DNA of 64,000 nt from Sminthopsis crassicaudata. Its lineage: Eukaryota. The notes beneath the pieces were generated by a model. The model made no database searches. It saw nothing but the letters and a program-made list of their open reading frames with translations, and was not told the DNA's origin. A program made the translations under genes and the position numbers. Each line of letters begins with the position of its first letter. Position 1 is the first letter of the stretch. The stretch spans positions 640,562,558-640,626,557 of the forward strand of contig NC_133619.1 in assembly GCF_048593235.1 (NCBI RefSeq), written 5' to 3'. Shown here in pieces: positions 63,529-64,000 of this stretch.

Positions 63529-63696
63529 GTGACTTTCGAGGGAAGGACAAGCCTGCCTTCAGAAGGAACGGCTCCTGTGTGGCGCCGGAGGACTGCCAGC
63601 CCGGGGTCTACAGCCTGTCCTATGGCTCCGGCCGGGGCCTCTGGGTAAATGTCACCTGCTGCAGCGGTGAAGACTGTGGTGAGCCCTCCCAGCCAG
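63529..63696 (+). CDS. LU gene exon 5 (second half of domain 2); alternative donor at 63678
   Basis: DFRGKDKPAFRRNGSCVAPEDCQPGVYSLSYGSGRGLWVNVTCCSGEDC(GEPSQP); both donors are phase 1. Confidence 0.88.
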
Positions 63697-63894
63697 GTAC
63701 GCTGTGCCCGGGCAGGGTGGGGGGCAGCGGAGAGATGGAGAAATGGTTAAGGGGGGTCAGGGATCAGTGAAGAGATGGAGAAACAGCTAAGAGGGGTAGG
63801 GGGGCAGGGAAGCAGCGGATGGAGAAATGGTTAAAAGGGGAATTAGGGAGCAGGCCCATAAGACAGCCCCCCACCTTCTGTGCTGCTCTCCAAG

Positions 63895-63935
63895 ACCAAA
63901 TGCCCCTTAGCACCAACCTCCTGAAGGGCGTCTGA
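63895..63935 (+). CDS. LU gene probable last coding exon
   Basis: Acceptor ccttctgtgctgctctccaag; (D)QMPLSTNLLKGV*. Total 615 nt, 204 aa. A different terminal exon beyond the window cannot be excluded. Confidence 0.6.
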
Positions 63936-64000
63936 GAGCACCGAAGGCAGAGACGAGCCTCCGAGGCCCCGGAGAGCCGTCTCTGGAGGGCTTCCTCTCC

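Overview
Marsupial genomic DNA. The young tRNA-derived SINEs look like WSINE1, so it is probably an Australian marsupial such as a dasyurid (inference). The window is syntenic with the human 19q13.31 block. Three known genes were reconstructed exon by exon on the minus strand: ZNF428 (191 aa), CADM4 (9 exons, 388 aa) and PLAUR/uPAR (7 exons, 326 aa). The main surprise is a six-exon plus-strand gene (60772-63935) head-to-head with PLAUR. It encodes a signal peptide and two complete 10-Cys LU (Ly6/uPAR) domains. Both domains have the N-terminal cysteine spacing of uPAR domain I but keep the 7-8 cysteine pair that uPAR domain I lacks. It has 8 N-glycosylation sequons and no visible GPI signal, and I do not recognise it as a known human gene. 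Other points: a candidate unannotated minus-strand coding exon at the left edge; an 87-nt in-frame ZNF428 intron where human has the nested SRRM5; an LTR R-U5 fragment that appears to have been retroposed by LINE machinery; two MIR-core minisatellites flanking CADM4 exon 1; an L1 lacking the EN/RT part of ORF2; ZNF143-type and CTCF-type motifs; many L2, CR1, L1 and SINE relics; and three assembly gaps. No databases were searched. Comparisons with human come from recalled knowledge, and repeat boundaries are approximate.
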